DNA of 64,000 bases from NCBI GenBank assembly GCA_039586365.1, contig JBDHKN010000005.1, positions 98,070-162,069 of the forward strand, written 5' to 3'. This DNA is from Gemmatimonadota bacterium (GTDB lineage: Bacteria; Gemmatimonadota; Gemmatimonadetes; Gemmatimonadales; GWC2-71-9). Positions 9,381-18,560 of this stretch are shown here, piece by piece (within the stretch, counting starts at the first letter, position 1; every line of letters begins with the position of its first letter). Below the pieces are notes generated by a model. That model was not told the DNA's origin. It ran no database searches and saw only the letters and a program-made list of their open reading frames with translations. The translations under genes were made by a program, and so were the position numbers.

Positions 9381-11476
9381 AAGGCCTGCCCAACAGAAAA
9401 GTGCAGACGGAGTCGGCTGATGAAGCTATCCACGCTCGGTGTGTAGAGGTTGTCGGTGTCCGTCACCAGTTCTCCGGTTGAAGTGTCCTCAACGTACAAA
9501 TGACTGGCTTGAGGGGCATAGGGATTGAACCCCACATCCAATCTCATAGGTCCCAAAGCGGTCGCCACACGAAATCCCACACCAGGCGTCACACGCAGCT
9601 CATACAATGGGTCCTCGCTAGTCTCACTCTCAATCACCTGCCCCGCATCCACGAACAGCGCACCAAACACGCGCGGACTGAAGAAAGACAGAGGAAATCG
9701 CAGCTCGGCAGTGGCAAGCAGCAATCGATCGCCTCCCGTCGCCGACCGACGGATTATGCTGTCTGCCTTCCCCGTCGCAGTGTCGACGGTGACCCTATCA
9801 AGTACACGTACCAGGGGACCCAACTCGTTCTGCGCATAACCGCGCACGCTGTTGGGTCCTCCCCCGTATAGTCGGTCCTCCGGTGGAACGTACCCACTCT
9901 TGCCTGCTGCTTTGACCGCTCCGAATCGGACTCTCCATGCAAACACGCTGCGGCGGCTCACTCGATGGAAGGACGCCAGTTCTGCAATTCCTCTGGTGAA
10001 CTGTATCAGCGAATCGGAGCCAATCATGTCAGAGGCGTGGCGAAACTCACCCGAAAGTCTGGTACCCCGCGTTGCTGATACCGGCGAGTCCGTTCGGTCC
10101 CAGACATATCCCAGACCGATCGTCGCACGGGAGCGGCGCTCAGTGAACACTCTAGTGTCCTCGACCAAGCACACGTCGAGAAACGCGCAGAATGTTGCGG
10201 GATCGGCATCCGTTCTGGCCCTTGAGAAGGAATATGAGGCAGTGATAGGGATCTCCACCGGCGTGCGCCATGTCAGCGAGAACTCAGCGCCGTACTGTTC
10301 CTGGAGGTAGGCCTGGAATTCACTGTAACGCTCCGCCGCGACCGTTATACCCGCACTGGTCCTACGGGAGAAGAAAAATGGCTCCCGCAGACTCGCACCC
10401 AGATTGTAGTTGAGCTTTAAGCGCGTGGAGTCCTCGGAAGCGAGTGCCCAACATACTCCATTTTCCAATCCAAAATCGATGGGATCTCCGACCCCCACCT
10501 TGGAGAATTGTACCGATAGATCGAGAGTGCGGCCGCCGCCCAAGAAATCATAGATGGTCCATGCGCCGAGTCCTCGAAAACAATCATACGTCCCATAGCC
10601 AGCCCCCAGCCGTATGCGGCGAAGCGCAGCCTCCGCAACGCGAACCCGTACTGCAATCGTGGAGTCCTCCGGATCGCGTGACAGGGTGTCCACTAGCTCC
10701 ATGCCCACATAGTTGAAGAGGTTCAGCCGGTACAGATCCAGTTGGCTCTTTCGTAGCTTCTCTGAGCTAAACAACTCGCCCTGCTTGAACGATAAGGCCC
10801 GTTGAATTACATCCTGCCCGACCTCGGCAGTCCCTGAGATCTCAATAGCCTCGATTGTAGCGGGTCTGCCGGACACCACGTGAAACGACACATCTGCCCT
10901 ATGGTTTGCGAGATCTACATCGAAGTTCTGAAACACCTCGGGCAAGGGATAGCCGTGGTTCCCCAAAATCATGCGGAGACTGTCCACCGATGTCTGAAGC
11001 AGAATGAGGTTGAACGGATCGCCAACCTGCAGCGGGAGATCTCGCACCACCGCGTTCGCATCCACGATTCCATCAATGCCGGTGACACGCAATGAGACAA
11101 CCCGAACTGGTTCCCCCTCATCGATTATGAAGCGCGCGTACACATTCCCGTTGGTGCGACGAACGAGGGTGTCCACCGTCGCTTCGCGATAACCACTGCG
11201 ATCGTAGAGCAAGCGAATACGCCAAGTGTCTACCCGAAAATCCGTCTCGTTGAAGTACCGCTTTTCACCCAGACCGATCCAGCGAACGAGAGGCCAGCGG
11301 GCAAAGGCCGAGGACTGGGTGGTTGCTATGGATGCCCGCAGGGTCAGGTCGTCGACGGCGTGATTGCCGCTGAAAGACAGACCGCGCACAACCAAGTCTC
11401 GAGCAGTTCCAGTCTGCCCGAAGACATCTCCTGGGACTACCACCATTAGGAGTACAAGTGACAAGCTCCTCATCAC
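9377..11476 (-). CDS. tamA: BamA/TamA (Omp85) family outer membrane protein
   Basis: Signal peptide, about three POTRA-like repeats, YGGGPNSVRGY loop motif, GPMRLDVG, C-terminal HFSVGQAF; coupled to tamB. Confidence 0.87.
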   Translation of the reverse strand: MMRSLSLVLLMVVVPGDVFGQTGTARDLVVRGLSFSGNHAVDDLTLRASIATTQSSAFARWPLVRWIGLGEKRYFNETDFRVDTWRIRLLYDRSGYREATVDTLVRRTNGNVYARFIIDEGEPVRVVSLRVTGIDGIVDANAVVRDLPLQVGDPFNLILLQTSVDSLRMILGNHGYPLPEVFQNFDVDLANHRADVSFHVVSGRPATIEAIEISGTAEVGQDVIQRALSFKQGELFSSEKLRKSQLDLYRLNLFNYVGMELVDTLSRDPEDSTIAVRVRVAEAALRRIRLGAGYGTYDCFRGLGAWTIYDFLGGGRTLDLSVQFSKVGVGDPIDFGLENGVCWALASEDSTRLKLNYNLGASLREPFFFSRRTSAGITVAAERYSEFQAYLQEQYGAEFSLTWRTPVEIPITASYSFSRARTDADPATFCAFLDVCLVEDTRVFTERRSRATIGLGYVWDRTDSPVSATRGTRLSGEFRHASDMIGSDSLIQFTRGIAELASFHRVSRRSVFAWRVRFGAVKAAGKSGYVPPEDRLYGGGPNSVRGYAQNELGPLVRVLDRVTVDTATGKADSIIRRSATGGDRLLLATAELRFPLSFFSPRVFGALFVDAGQVIESETSEDPLYELRVTPGVGFRVATALGPMRLDVGFNPYAPQASHLYVEDTSTGELVTDTDNLYTPSVDSFISRLRLHFSVGQAF

Positions 11477-11487
11477 GGCGCGCAGGA

Positions 11488-12891
11488 CTATCCCCGTCCC
11501 AAGGACTTCAGCATTTCATGGATCTTCGTGAACTTGACCCGAGGCCGGCCAACGTCCTCTCCTCGCTGAACTTCCAGTTCATCGAGCCGCTGCCAATCCT
11601 CGTATGACACCCAGTCCGGCTGTCGCTCCCCGACCAAAGTCTCTACAGTAGTCGCTGCCGGGAACTCAGGATCGAGCACCTCACCTGCCGCGAGATCCTC
11701 GAGCATCGCCGCAACAGTTTCCGCCGCATCCGGCTTGTTGGTCCCGATCACGCCGTAGGGACCCCGCTTTATCCACCCGGATACGTATATACCCACTACT
11801 GCCACGTCGGTGTCGTGCTCAATGACACGCCCCTCCCGGCTTGGAACGACGCCCCGTCTATCGTCAAATGGCAGGCCGGGAATCGCTTCCCCCCGATATC
11901 CTACCGAGCGGAACACCAAGCCCACCGGCATCTCCTCTGCCTGATCTGTCGGCTTGGGCCTCAGGGTACCGTCTTCACTCCGGTACAGTGAGTTCCTCAC
12001 CACCCTCATTCCCGCTACACCACCAGCTGCATCCCCGATCAACTCCATTGGAGACACCAGAAAACGGAGTGTCAACCGGCGGGGCTTGCCGGTACCAGCG
12101 TACCCGGCGTACCGACGGAGAATCTCAACCTTCCTCTTCAGCGCTGCGTCATCGCTAGCATCGACCTCAGACTGGCTCAGGGGATCCAATTCCATGTCCT
12201 CAGGAGGTACCATCACATCCGCTCTGGCTAGCTCACCCAGTTCCTTTGCCTCGGCGTTGGTGAACGCCGCCTGAGCAGGGCCCCGTCGACCTAGTATGAT
12301 GACCTCCTTGACGCGGCTCTGTCGCAGTGCGTCGAGAGCGTAGTCGGCAACGTCGGTGTTCATCAACTCGTCGTGCGTACGACATAGAATGCGAGCAACA
12401 TCAATCGCAACGTTACCAACACCCACCACCGCAACCCTCTCCGCGGAGAGGTCGAACTCCAGGTCACGATAGTCCGGATGGCCATTGTACCACGCCACGA
12501 ACTCAGTAGCTGGATGGCTCCGATCGAGGTCTTCCCCCGGAATGTTCATGCGGCGGTCGCTCAGCGCGCCGGTCGCAAAGCAGATCTGGTGGTAGTGCTG
12601 CCTGAGGTCCGTCAGACTGATGTGCCGCCCGATCTCGACGTTGCCAAGAAACCTGAAGCCACCCTTGCCTGCAACCCTCTCGAAAGTCCGGCAGACGTTC
12701 TTGATCTTCTGATGATCTGGAGCCACGCCGAATCTCACGAGGCCGAACGGAGTGGGAAGTCGCTCGTACATGTCGATCTCCGCAACCAGGCCGTCTCGCT
12801 TCAGCAGATGCTCGGCCACATAGAAGCCAGCGGGGCCAGAGCCCACGATCGCAACTCGCAAGGGCATACCAGCCGTACCCGGTCGTTTCAC
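11488..12891 (-). CDS. ferredoxin-NADP+ reductase (FprA/adrenodoxin reductase type)
   Basis: GSGPAG, PFGLVRFGVAPDH, WYNGHP, GVGNVAID, GWIKRGP.GVIGTN motifs; GAGGAGG RBS. Confidence 0.92.
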   Translation of the reverse strand: MKRPGTAGMPLRVAIVGSGPAGFYVAEHLLKRDGLVAEIDMYERLPTPFGLVRFGVAPDHQKIKNVCRTFERVAGKGGFRFLGNVEIGRHISLTDLRQHYHQICFATGALSDRRMNIPGEDLDRSHPATEFVAWYNGHPDYRDLEFDLSAERVAVVGVGNVAIDVARILCRTHDELMNTDVADYALDALRQSRVKEVIILGRRGPAQAAFTNAEAKELGELARADVMVPPEDMELDPLSQSEVDASDDAALKRKVEILRRYAGYAGTGKPRRLTLRFLVSPMELIGDAAGGVAGMRVVRNSLYRSEDGTLRPKPTDQAEEMPVGLVFRSVGYRGEAIPGLPFDDRRGVVPSREGRVIEHDTDVAVVGIYVSGWIKRGPYGVIGTNKPDAAETVAAMLEDLAAGEVLDPEFPAATTVETLVGERQPDWVSYEDWQRLDELEVQRGEDVGRPRVKFTKIHEMLKSLGRG

Positions 12892-13096
12892 GCTATCGCC
12901 TCCTCATTGTTCTCGATGCATGATGTCAAATCGGCGGTGCGCTGAAAGGTAGGGCGGCGGTGGAAGGGTAGTAAGGCCACGAGCGGCGTTCAATGGGACG
13001 GAAGGAGCCCCGGTGGCCGACGGGCAACAGATGAGTGAAGGCACTACCAGCGATACCTTCCGCCCGACCCGACTTCCACCTAGCTTGGAGTCCATA

Positions 13097-13642
13097 GTGA
13101 AGATCTATACCAGGACTGGTGACGGCGGCGAGACATCGCTTCTGGGCGGGAAGAGGGTCCCCAAGAACAACCCGCAAGTCGCGGCCTACGGAGACGTTGA
13201 CGAGCTGAATGCTGCAATTGGAGTTGCGGCGGCACAGCAACCACGGGAGTTCGAGAGCACGTTGCTGACCGAAATCCAACGCGACCTGCTCGCCATTGGA
13301 TCGACACTCGGCACCCCGGCACCGGAGAGAGTCAAGCAGCGGTGTGGGAAGGCATCCCTGGGCCAGCATCGCGTGGATGAACTTGAGTCGGCCATCGACC
13401 AAGTAGCCTCGCAACTTCCCCAGCTTCGGGTTTTCGTGCTCCCAGGTGGCACCACCAAGAGCGCGCTGCTCCACAAGGCTCGCACCGTGTGCCGGCGGGC
13501 TGAGCGGAGCGTGGTCGCTCTCCGTGAGCACCAGGATGTACCTCACATCGTTCTAGTTTATCTCAATCGACTTTCCGACCTGCTCTTCGTGCTGGCGAGG
13601 CTTGCCAACCACCGCGCCGACGTCACCGAGATAGAATGGTGA
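13097..13642 (+). CDS. pduO: PduO-type ATP:cob(I)alamin adenosyltransferase
   Basis: KIYTRTGDGGET, YGDVDELNA, ARTVCRRAER, YLNRLSDLLF. GTG 13097 follows GGAG. Confidence 0.92.
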   Translation: MKIYTRTGDGGETSLLGGKRVPKNNPQVAAYGDVDELNAAIGVAAAQQPREFESTLLTEIQRDLLAIGSTLGTPAPERVKQRCGKASLGQHRVDELESAIDQVASQLPQLRVFVLPGGTTKSALLHKARTVCRRAERSVVALREHQDVPHIVLVYLNRLSDLLFVLARLANHRADVTEIEW

Positions 13643-13643
13643 C

Positions 13644-14531
13644 ATGAACAACTACAAGTTCTACCAAGCTGACGTGTTCACAAACCAGCCACTCACCGGC
13701 AATCCGTTGGCTGTGTTTCCAGACGCCCTGGGGCTCAGGGAGATGAACCTGTCTGAGACTACGTTTGTGTTCCCGTCTGACCAAGCCACCAAACAGGTGC
13801 GGTTCTTCACGCCGACTGCAGAGATCCCCTTGGCCGGTCACCCAACCATCGGAACCTGGTGGATACTCGCCGAGCTGGGAAATGTGGCACTGCCCAAGCA
13901 GGGAACAAAGAGAGTCACCCAAGGAACCGGTGTTGGCGTCTTGCCGGTCGACATTCACGTCCAGGACGGTGCGCCTTCGCGGGTCGTCATGGTACAGGCG
14001 CTTCCCAAGTTCGGGCCCATCTTCCCTGACACGGCTCAGTTGGGCGAGGCTCTCGGTGGAACCAGGACGACCGTACTTGGGGATCCTGCTCCGCAGGTCG
14101 TGTCGACCGCGCTGCCGCAGCTCATGGTCCCAATCCGGTCGCTCGCCGAGCTGCAGGAGCTGCCCAGTGGTGGTGGTGGCCGGCTCTCAAACCTGCTGCG
14201 CCAAGTCGGAACTGACTGCGCCATGTGCTACACCTTGGAGACCACTGACCCATCCAGCACCGTTCACTGCCGCATGTTCGCCCCCGGGCTTGGCGTCCCC
14301 GAGGACCCCGCCACCGGAAGCGCCGCAGGAGCACTGGGGTCCTATCTGGTCCAGCATGGTGTGGTTCAATCCCGCAGCGGGGTTGCTGCAGTCGTCGTCG
14401 AACAGGGTATCGAGATCGGACGACCTAGCAGGATAGACGTGGAGATCTCGATTGGGGAGCTGGCCGAGATCCATGAAGTGCGGGTTGGCGGACAGGCCGT
14501 GACCGTCATCCGGGGCGAGGTGCAGATATAG
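13644..14531 (+). CDS. PhzF family isomerase/epimerase
   Basis: DVFT, GNPLAV, NLSETTF, FTPTAEIPLAGHPT, EDPATGSA, QGIEIGRPS; appears to lack a short N-terminal helix (see findings). Confidence 0.9.
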   Translation: MNNYKFYQADVFTNQPLTGNPLAVFPDALGLREMNLSETTFVFPSDQATKQVRFFTPTAEIPLAGHPTIGTWWILAELGNVALPKQGTKRVTQGTGVGVLPVDIHVQDGAPSRVVMVQALPKFGPIFPDTAQLGEALGGTRTTVLGDPAPQVVSTALPQLMVPIRSLAELQELPSGGGGRLSNLLRQVGTDCAMCYTLETTDPSSTVHCRMFAPGLGVPEDPATGSAAGALGSYLVQHGVVQSRSGVAAVVVEQGIEIGRPSRIDVEISIGELAEIHEVRVGGQAVTVIRGEVQI

Positions 14532-15631
14532 AGACCGCGACGATACCCGTCCGCTTACCCAGTACAGCCTACGATATTCTACTGGGAGAAGGGCTCCTCT
14601 CGGATATGGGGCCCATACTCGAGGCCCGGGTTCCTGCCGACCGGTACGCAGTAATCACCGATTCCAATGTAGCAGCCCTCTACGGTAAACAACTGGTCCA
14701 GGAACTGGGGGGCGCACCCCGCTGCCTGCTATTCCAGTTCCCGCCGGGTGAACCAAGCAAGACCCGGGAAACGTGGGCAACTCTTACCGACGAGATGCTC
14801 GCTCGCCGGCTGGGGCGCGACACCGCAATCATCGCATTGGGCGGTGGGGTTACTGGTGACCTCGCCGGATTCGTTGCAGGTACCTACCTACGAGGCGTTC
14901 CATACGTGCAGGTACCGACTTCAATTCTAGCTATGGTCGACAGCTCAATCGGGGGCAAGACCGGAATCGACACCGCCCACGGTAAGAACCTCGTTGGAGT
15001 TTTTCATCAACCGCAAGCCGTCGTAATCGACCTCACGACCATAAACAGCCTGCCAACTCGACACATCTCAGCCGGTGCCGCGGAAGCGCTGAAGCACGGT
15101 GCGATCTGCGACGCAGAGTACTTCGACTGGCTGGTCTCAAACCATCGGGGCGTCTTGGCACGAAACAGTGAGGCTCTGTTCCACCTTGTCAGGCGTAGCG
15201 TGGAGCTCAAGGGCAAGGTCGTCACCGATGACGAAAGGGAACTGGGCAGACGCGCCATTCTCAACTTCGGACACACAATTGCGCACGCACTAGAGTCCGT
15301 TTCAAGTTTCGAGATGCTGCACGGGGAGACCGTCGGGGTGGGTATGCTCGCCGCAGCTAACCTCGGGATTGAACTGGGAATAACGGATCCTTCCGCTTCT
15401 CAGAGGCTAAACACCGCCCTAGACATGCTCAACTTACCCACTAGGCTGCCCAGCTCGGTGGATCCTGAGAGGATGCTGGCGGCGATGACACATGATAAGA
15501 AGAATCGAGGTGGGTCTGTCAGGTTTGCACTCCTCAAAAGCATAGGCCAGGCAGCGCCTGGACCTAGGGGGACGTGGACTCACACCGCACCAGACTCCAC
15601 ACTTCGAAGCGTTCTCGCCCGTCTGATGTAA
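14528..15631 (+). CDS. aroB: 3-dehydroquinate synthase
   Basis: GGGVTGDLAGF, VPTSILAMVDSSIGGKTG, KNLVG, LNFGHTIAHALE, HGE, DKK. First ATG is 14606, but AroB-like sequence extends in frame to ATA 14528. Confidence 0.93.
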   Translation: METATIPVRLPSTAYDILLGEGLLSDMGPILEARVPADRYAVITDSNVAALYGKQLVQELGGAPRCLLFQFPPGEPSKTRETWATLTDEMLARRLGRDTAIIALGGGVTGDLAGFVAGTYLRGVPYVQVPTSILAMVDSSIGGKTGIDTAHGKNLVGVFHQPQAVVIDLTTINSLPTRHISAGAAEALKHGAICDAEYFDWLVSNHRGVLARNSEALFHLVRRSVELKGKVVTDDERELGRRAILNFGHTIAHALESVSSFEMLHGETVGVGMLAAANLGIELGITDPSASQRLNTALDMLNLPTRLPSSVDPERMLAAMTHDKKNRGGSVRFALLKSIGQAAPGPRGTWTHTAPDSTLRSVLARLM

Positions 15632-15659
15632 CCGGTTGTTAAGCAATGAGTTGCACATT

Positions 15660-15802
15660 TTGCCAACACTGTGCATGTGTATTAAGTTTATATAGGGCAA
15701 CACATTGAGACGTTATCAACAATATCGCTTGTCCACAGTGGATGTGTATTAGTTGACAAATTCCGGAATGCACATCCCAACAACCATTTGTGATGTGGAA
15801 AA
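15660..15802. promoter_or_regulatory. cluster of DnaA-box-like 9-mers in an AT-rich spacer
   Basis: TGTGGAAAA 15794-15802 (reverse complement fits TTWTNCACA); one-mismatch copies TTATCAACA 15713, TTGTCCACA 15729, TGTGTATTA 15676 and 15743. Confidence 0.5.
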
Positions 15803-15813
15803 CTGATTTTCGC

Positions 15814-15842
15814 TTGACTGGCTATCTGGCGTTTCCTATATT
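15814..15842 (+). promoter_or_regulatory. sigma-70 type promoter for the sigma factor gene
   Basis: TTGACT-N17-TATATT, about 90 nt upstream of ATG 15931. Confidence 0.7.
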
Positions 15843-15930
15843 CGGCCCGCATTAGTCGGCCATTTTGGCGGGTTCCCTCAAGCCACCCGCCCCTGCCCGC
15901 GTGGTCCGATTCTGTATAACAGGAGCGCGT

Positions 15931-16824
15931 ATGACCCAGCTCTCAGCGAGCAAGGCAAGAGCCTTTTTCTACACCGGTTCCTCCACTGCCTTCGATCAGT
16001 ACTTGCAGGACATCCAGAAACTCCCCTTGATCAAGGACCCGCAGGAAGAGCGGCGTCTGGCCCGAAGAGCCAGGAGCGGCGATCAGAGAGCAGCCGAGCA
16101 GCTAGTGACGGCCAACCTGCGGTTTGTGATCTCCTACGTGAAGAAGTATCAGGGACACGGGCTGGATCTGGCCGAGTTGGTTGCAATCGGCAACGAGGGA
16201 CTTCTCAAGGCGGTGAAGAAGTTCGATCCCGATCAGGGCGTGAAGTTCATATCGTACGCGGTATGGTGGGTACGGCAGGCAGTGCTCAAGGCTCTGGCAG
16301 AACAGACTCGTAGCGTCCGCATTCCGCTGAACCAGAATAGCCAACTCATCCGGATGTCTCGCACGGAGACGTTTCTCTCCCAGGAACTGGGGCGTGAGCC
16401 GACCGATAAGGAGATAGCACGAGCACTGGACGAGACAGTGACCAACGTGCGGAACGCGCGACGGATGACAGCAGCAGAGGTCTCGCTCGATGCCCCAATT
16501 GACCGGACCGACAAGGACGCCGCAACACTCGGTGAACGATTTGCTGGCCAGGAAGGCACAGAGATAGAAGATCACACCGATGGGAACCTCATGCGGGAGT
16601 TCATAGATCGAGTCTTCGAGAAGTACCTCACTCCTAGGGAGCGGAAGATCCTGTACTTGTATTACGGTTTGGAGGAAGGATCTGAGGGGATGACGCTCGA
16701 GAAGATCGGAGCTCTCATGGGGGTCACCCGCGAGCGGATCAGACAGATTCGCGAGCGGGCTTTCGAGAAACTTCGGGAAAGCCCGGACGGTGCCGCGCTC
16801 ATGGGATTCTGGAGGGCCGCATAG
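15931..16824 (+). CDS. RNA polymerase sigma factor, RpoD/SigA family, lacking region 1.1
   Basis: DQYLQDI (1.2), ANLRFVISYVKKY, GNEGLLKAVKKFDP, KFISYAVWWVRQA, TLEKIG..GVTRERIRQI; AGGAG RBS before ATG 15931. Confidence 0.93.
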   Translation: MTQLSASKARAFFYTGSSTAFDQYLQDIQKLPLIKDPQEERRLARRARSGDQRAAEQLVTANLRFVISYVKKYQGHGLDLAELVAIGNEGLLKAVKKFDPDQGVKFISYAVWWVRQAVLKALAEQTRSVRIPLNQNSQLIRMSRTETFLSQELGREPTDKEIARALDETVTNVRNARRMTAAEVSLDAPIDRTDKDAATLGERFAGQEGTEIEDHTDGNLMREFIDRVFEKYLTPRERKILYLYYGLEEGSEGMTLEKIGALMGVTRERIRQIRERAFEKLRESPDGAALMGFWRAA

Positions 16825-16858
16825 CGGATCTACCTCATGGCAACGCAGTGACTCCTCC

Positions 16859-16899
16859 GAGGGGACCCTGGCGTTTGCCTGGGTCCCCTCCTTCATTTT
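16859..16899 (+). terminator. intrinsic terminator-like hairpin after the sigma factor gene
   Basis: GAGGGGACCC-T-GGC / GTTT / GCC-T-GGGTCCCCTC followed by CTTCATTTT. Confidence 0.65.
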
Positions 16900-17039
16900 G
16901 CATCTGGACGCCCCCTGAACACCACCACAGCCTTATTATTCGTATGCGTAGTCACCCCCACCGATCGCATTAGCTCCACGGTCACACGTGGCCCCCGAGG
17001 TAGAACCATGGCAATAGGCAACCCTAGCAGCTACACCGT

Positions 17040-18560
17040 GTGGTTGACCCACAGTCTGAGATGACGATTCCTCCGGCCGCAATCGACGCGCTATGCTCCG
17101 TGGTCGGCGACCAGTGGGTTCGCACCAGCGCTGCCGCATTGGAGACCTATGCCAGCGATGGTCTGCCAACGCACCACTCATGTCCTGGGGCTGTAGTGAT
17201 TCCTGAAAATGCAGCCCAAGTCGTGGGGGTGTTACGAGCCCTCGAGCAACACGCGGTGCCGTTCGTGGCGAGAGGAGCGGGCACCGGTCTCTCGGGTGGA
17301 GCGCTCGCTTCAGAAGGTGCTGTCTTAGTGGCTCTAACCCGCCTCACCCACATTTGCGAAATCGATCCCATGAACCGAAGAGCGGTTGTGGAACCTGGGG
17401 TCATCAACGCGCAGCTGTCGGCCGCCACTGAACCGTTCGGGCTACACTACGCTCCAGATCCTTCCAGCCAATCGGTCTGTACGCTTGGCGGGAATGTCGC
17501 TGAGAACGCTGGGGGGCCCCACTGTCTCAAGTACGGTGTGACTGGCAACCACATTCTGGAGCTGGAGGTTGCTCTGCCGAACGGGGAGTTAACCACATTG
17601 GGGTCACCGGGGGGAGAGCCCTGGGGACCGGATCTGGTAGGACTCTTTGTCGGTAGCGAGGGAATGTTCGGGATCGCTACCAGAATCACCGTCAAGCTCA
17701 CTCCCTTGCCTCGAGCGGTGCGCACCCTGCTCGCCGATTTCTCATCACTCCGAACGGCTGGGGAAGCCGTTACCGCGATCATCTCGTCCGGCATAGTGCC
17801 GGCGGCCCTCGAGATGATGGATCAGAAATGCGTGACCGCCGTCGAGGCGTCCATCTACCGAGCAGGCTATCCAACTGATGTCTCTGCTGTCTTGATAGTG
17901 GAAGTGGATGGCACGACCGAAGCGGCGGTTGCGGAAGAGACAGGACAGATAGCCTCGATCTTACAGAGCTCAGGGGCACGGAGTGTCACCACAGCGAGTG
18001 ACCCGAAGCAGCGGGCACGCCTCTGGCAGGGCCGCAAGAAAGCCTTTGGAGCGATGGGCCGAATCGATTCCGACCTATCTGTGCAAGATGCGGTCGTCCC
18101 ACGCACGCTGCTTCCTGACATTCTCGAGCAGATAAGCCGGATCGGAATCGACTACGGCCTCTCAGTCTGCAACGTATTTCATGCCGGTGACGGCAACCTC
18201 CATCCTAACATCGCTTTCAACGGCAAGGATCCGGTCATGCGCAAGCGCGTAGAACGTGCTTCCAACGCCATCATGCACCTGTGCGTTGAGGGGGGAGGGA
18301 CGATAACCGGAGAACACGGAGTCGGATTGGACAAGCGCAACCTCATGCCGCTCATCTTCGATCCGGACACGCTGGGGTTGATGCGCCGCATCCGACGCGC
18401 ATTCGATCCTGATGAACGGGCAAATCCCGGCAAAGTCTTGCCAACCCACAGCTGTAGGAAGCAGCGGATGGGATCACCACAACCCCAGGAGCGATTCGAC
18501 TACGGATCCGGGACGCGACGGACCGCGCAATTGGCACCGCAACCCCCGGCTGAACGATGA
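17040..18560 (+). CDS. glcD: glycolate oxidase FAD-linked subunit
   Basis: RGAGTGLSGGA, PDPSS, GGNVAENAGGPHCLKYG, GSEGMFG, HAGDGNLHP, GEHGVG, NPGK; start may be ATG 17061. Confidence 0.9.
   Translation: MVDPQSEMTIPPAAIDALCSVVGDQWVRTSAAALETYASDGLPTHHSCPGAVVIPENAAQVVGVLRALEQHAVPFVARGAGTGLSGGALASEGAVLVALTRLTHICEIDPMNRRAVVEPGVINAQLSAATEPFGLHYAPDPSSQSVCTLGGNVAENAGGPHCLKYGVTGNHILELEVALPNGELTTLGSPGGEPWGPDLVGLFVGSEGMFGIATRITVKLTPLPRAVRTLLADFSSLRTAGEAVTAIISSGIVPAALEMMDQKCVTAVEASIYRAGYPTDVSAVLIVEVDGTTEAAVAEETGQIASILQSSGARSVTTASDPKQRARLWQGRKKAFGAMGRIDSDLSVQDAVVPRTLLPDILEQISRIGIDYGLSVCNVFHAGDGNLHPNIAFNGKDPVMRKRVERASNAIMHLCVEGGGTITGEHGVGLDKRNLMPLIFDPDTLGLMRRIRRAFDPDERANPGKVLPTHSCRKQRMGSPQPQERFDYGSGTRRTAQLAPQPPAER

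Noticed and set aside
12892..13096. Canonical cobalamin riboswitch
   Set aside because: The GGGAA..GGTG.AA.TCC core and B12 box (GCCACTG, AGYCAG.AGACC) were not found; kept only as an unknown structure.
13644..15631. Phenazine biosynthesis cluster (phzF next to aroB)
   Set aside because: No phzA/B, D, E or G; stand-alone PhzF-family genes are common.
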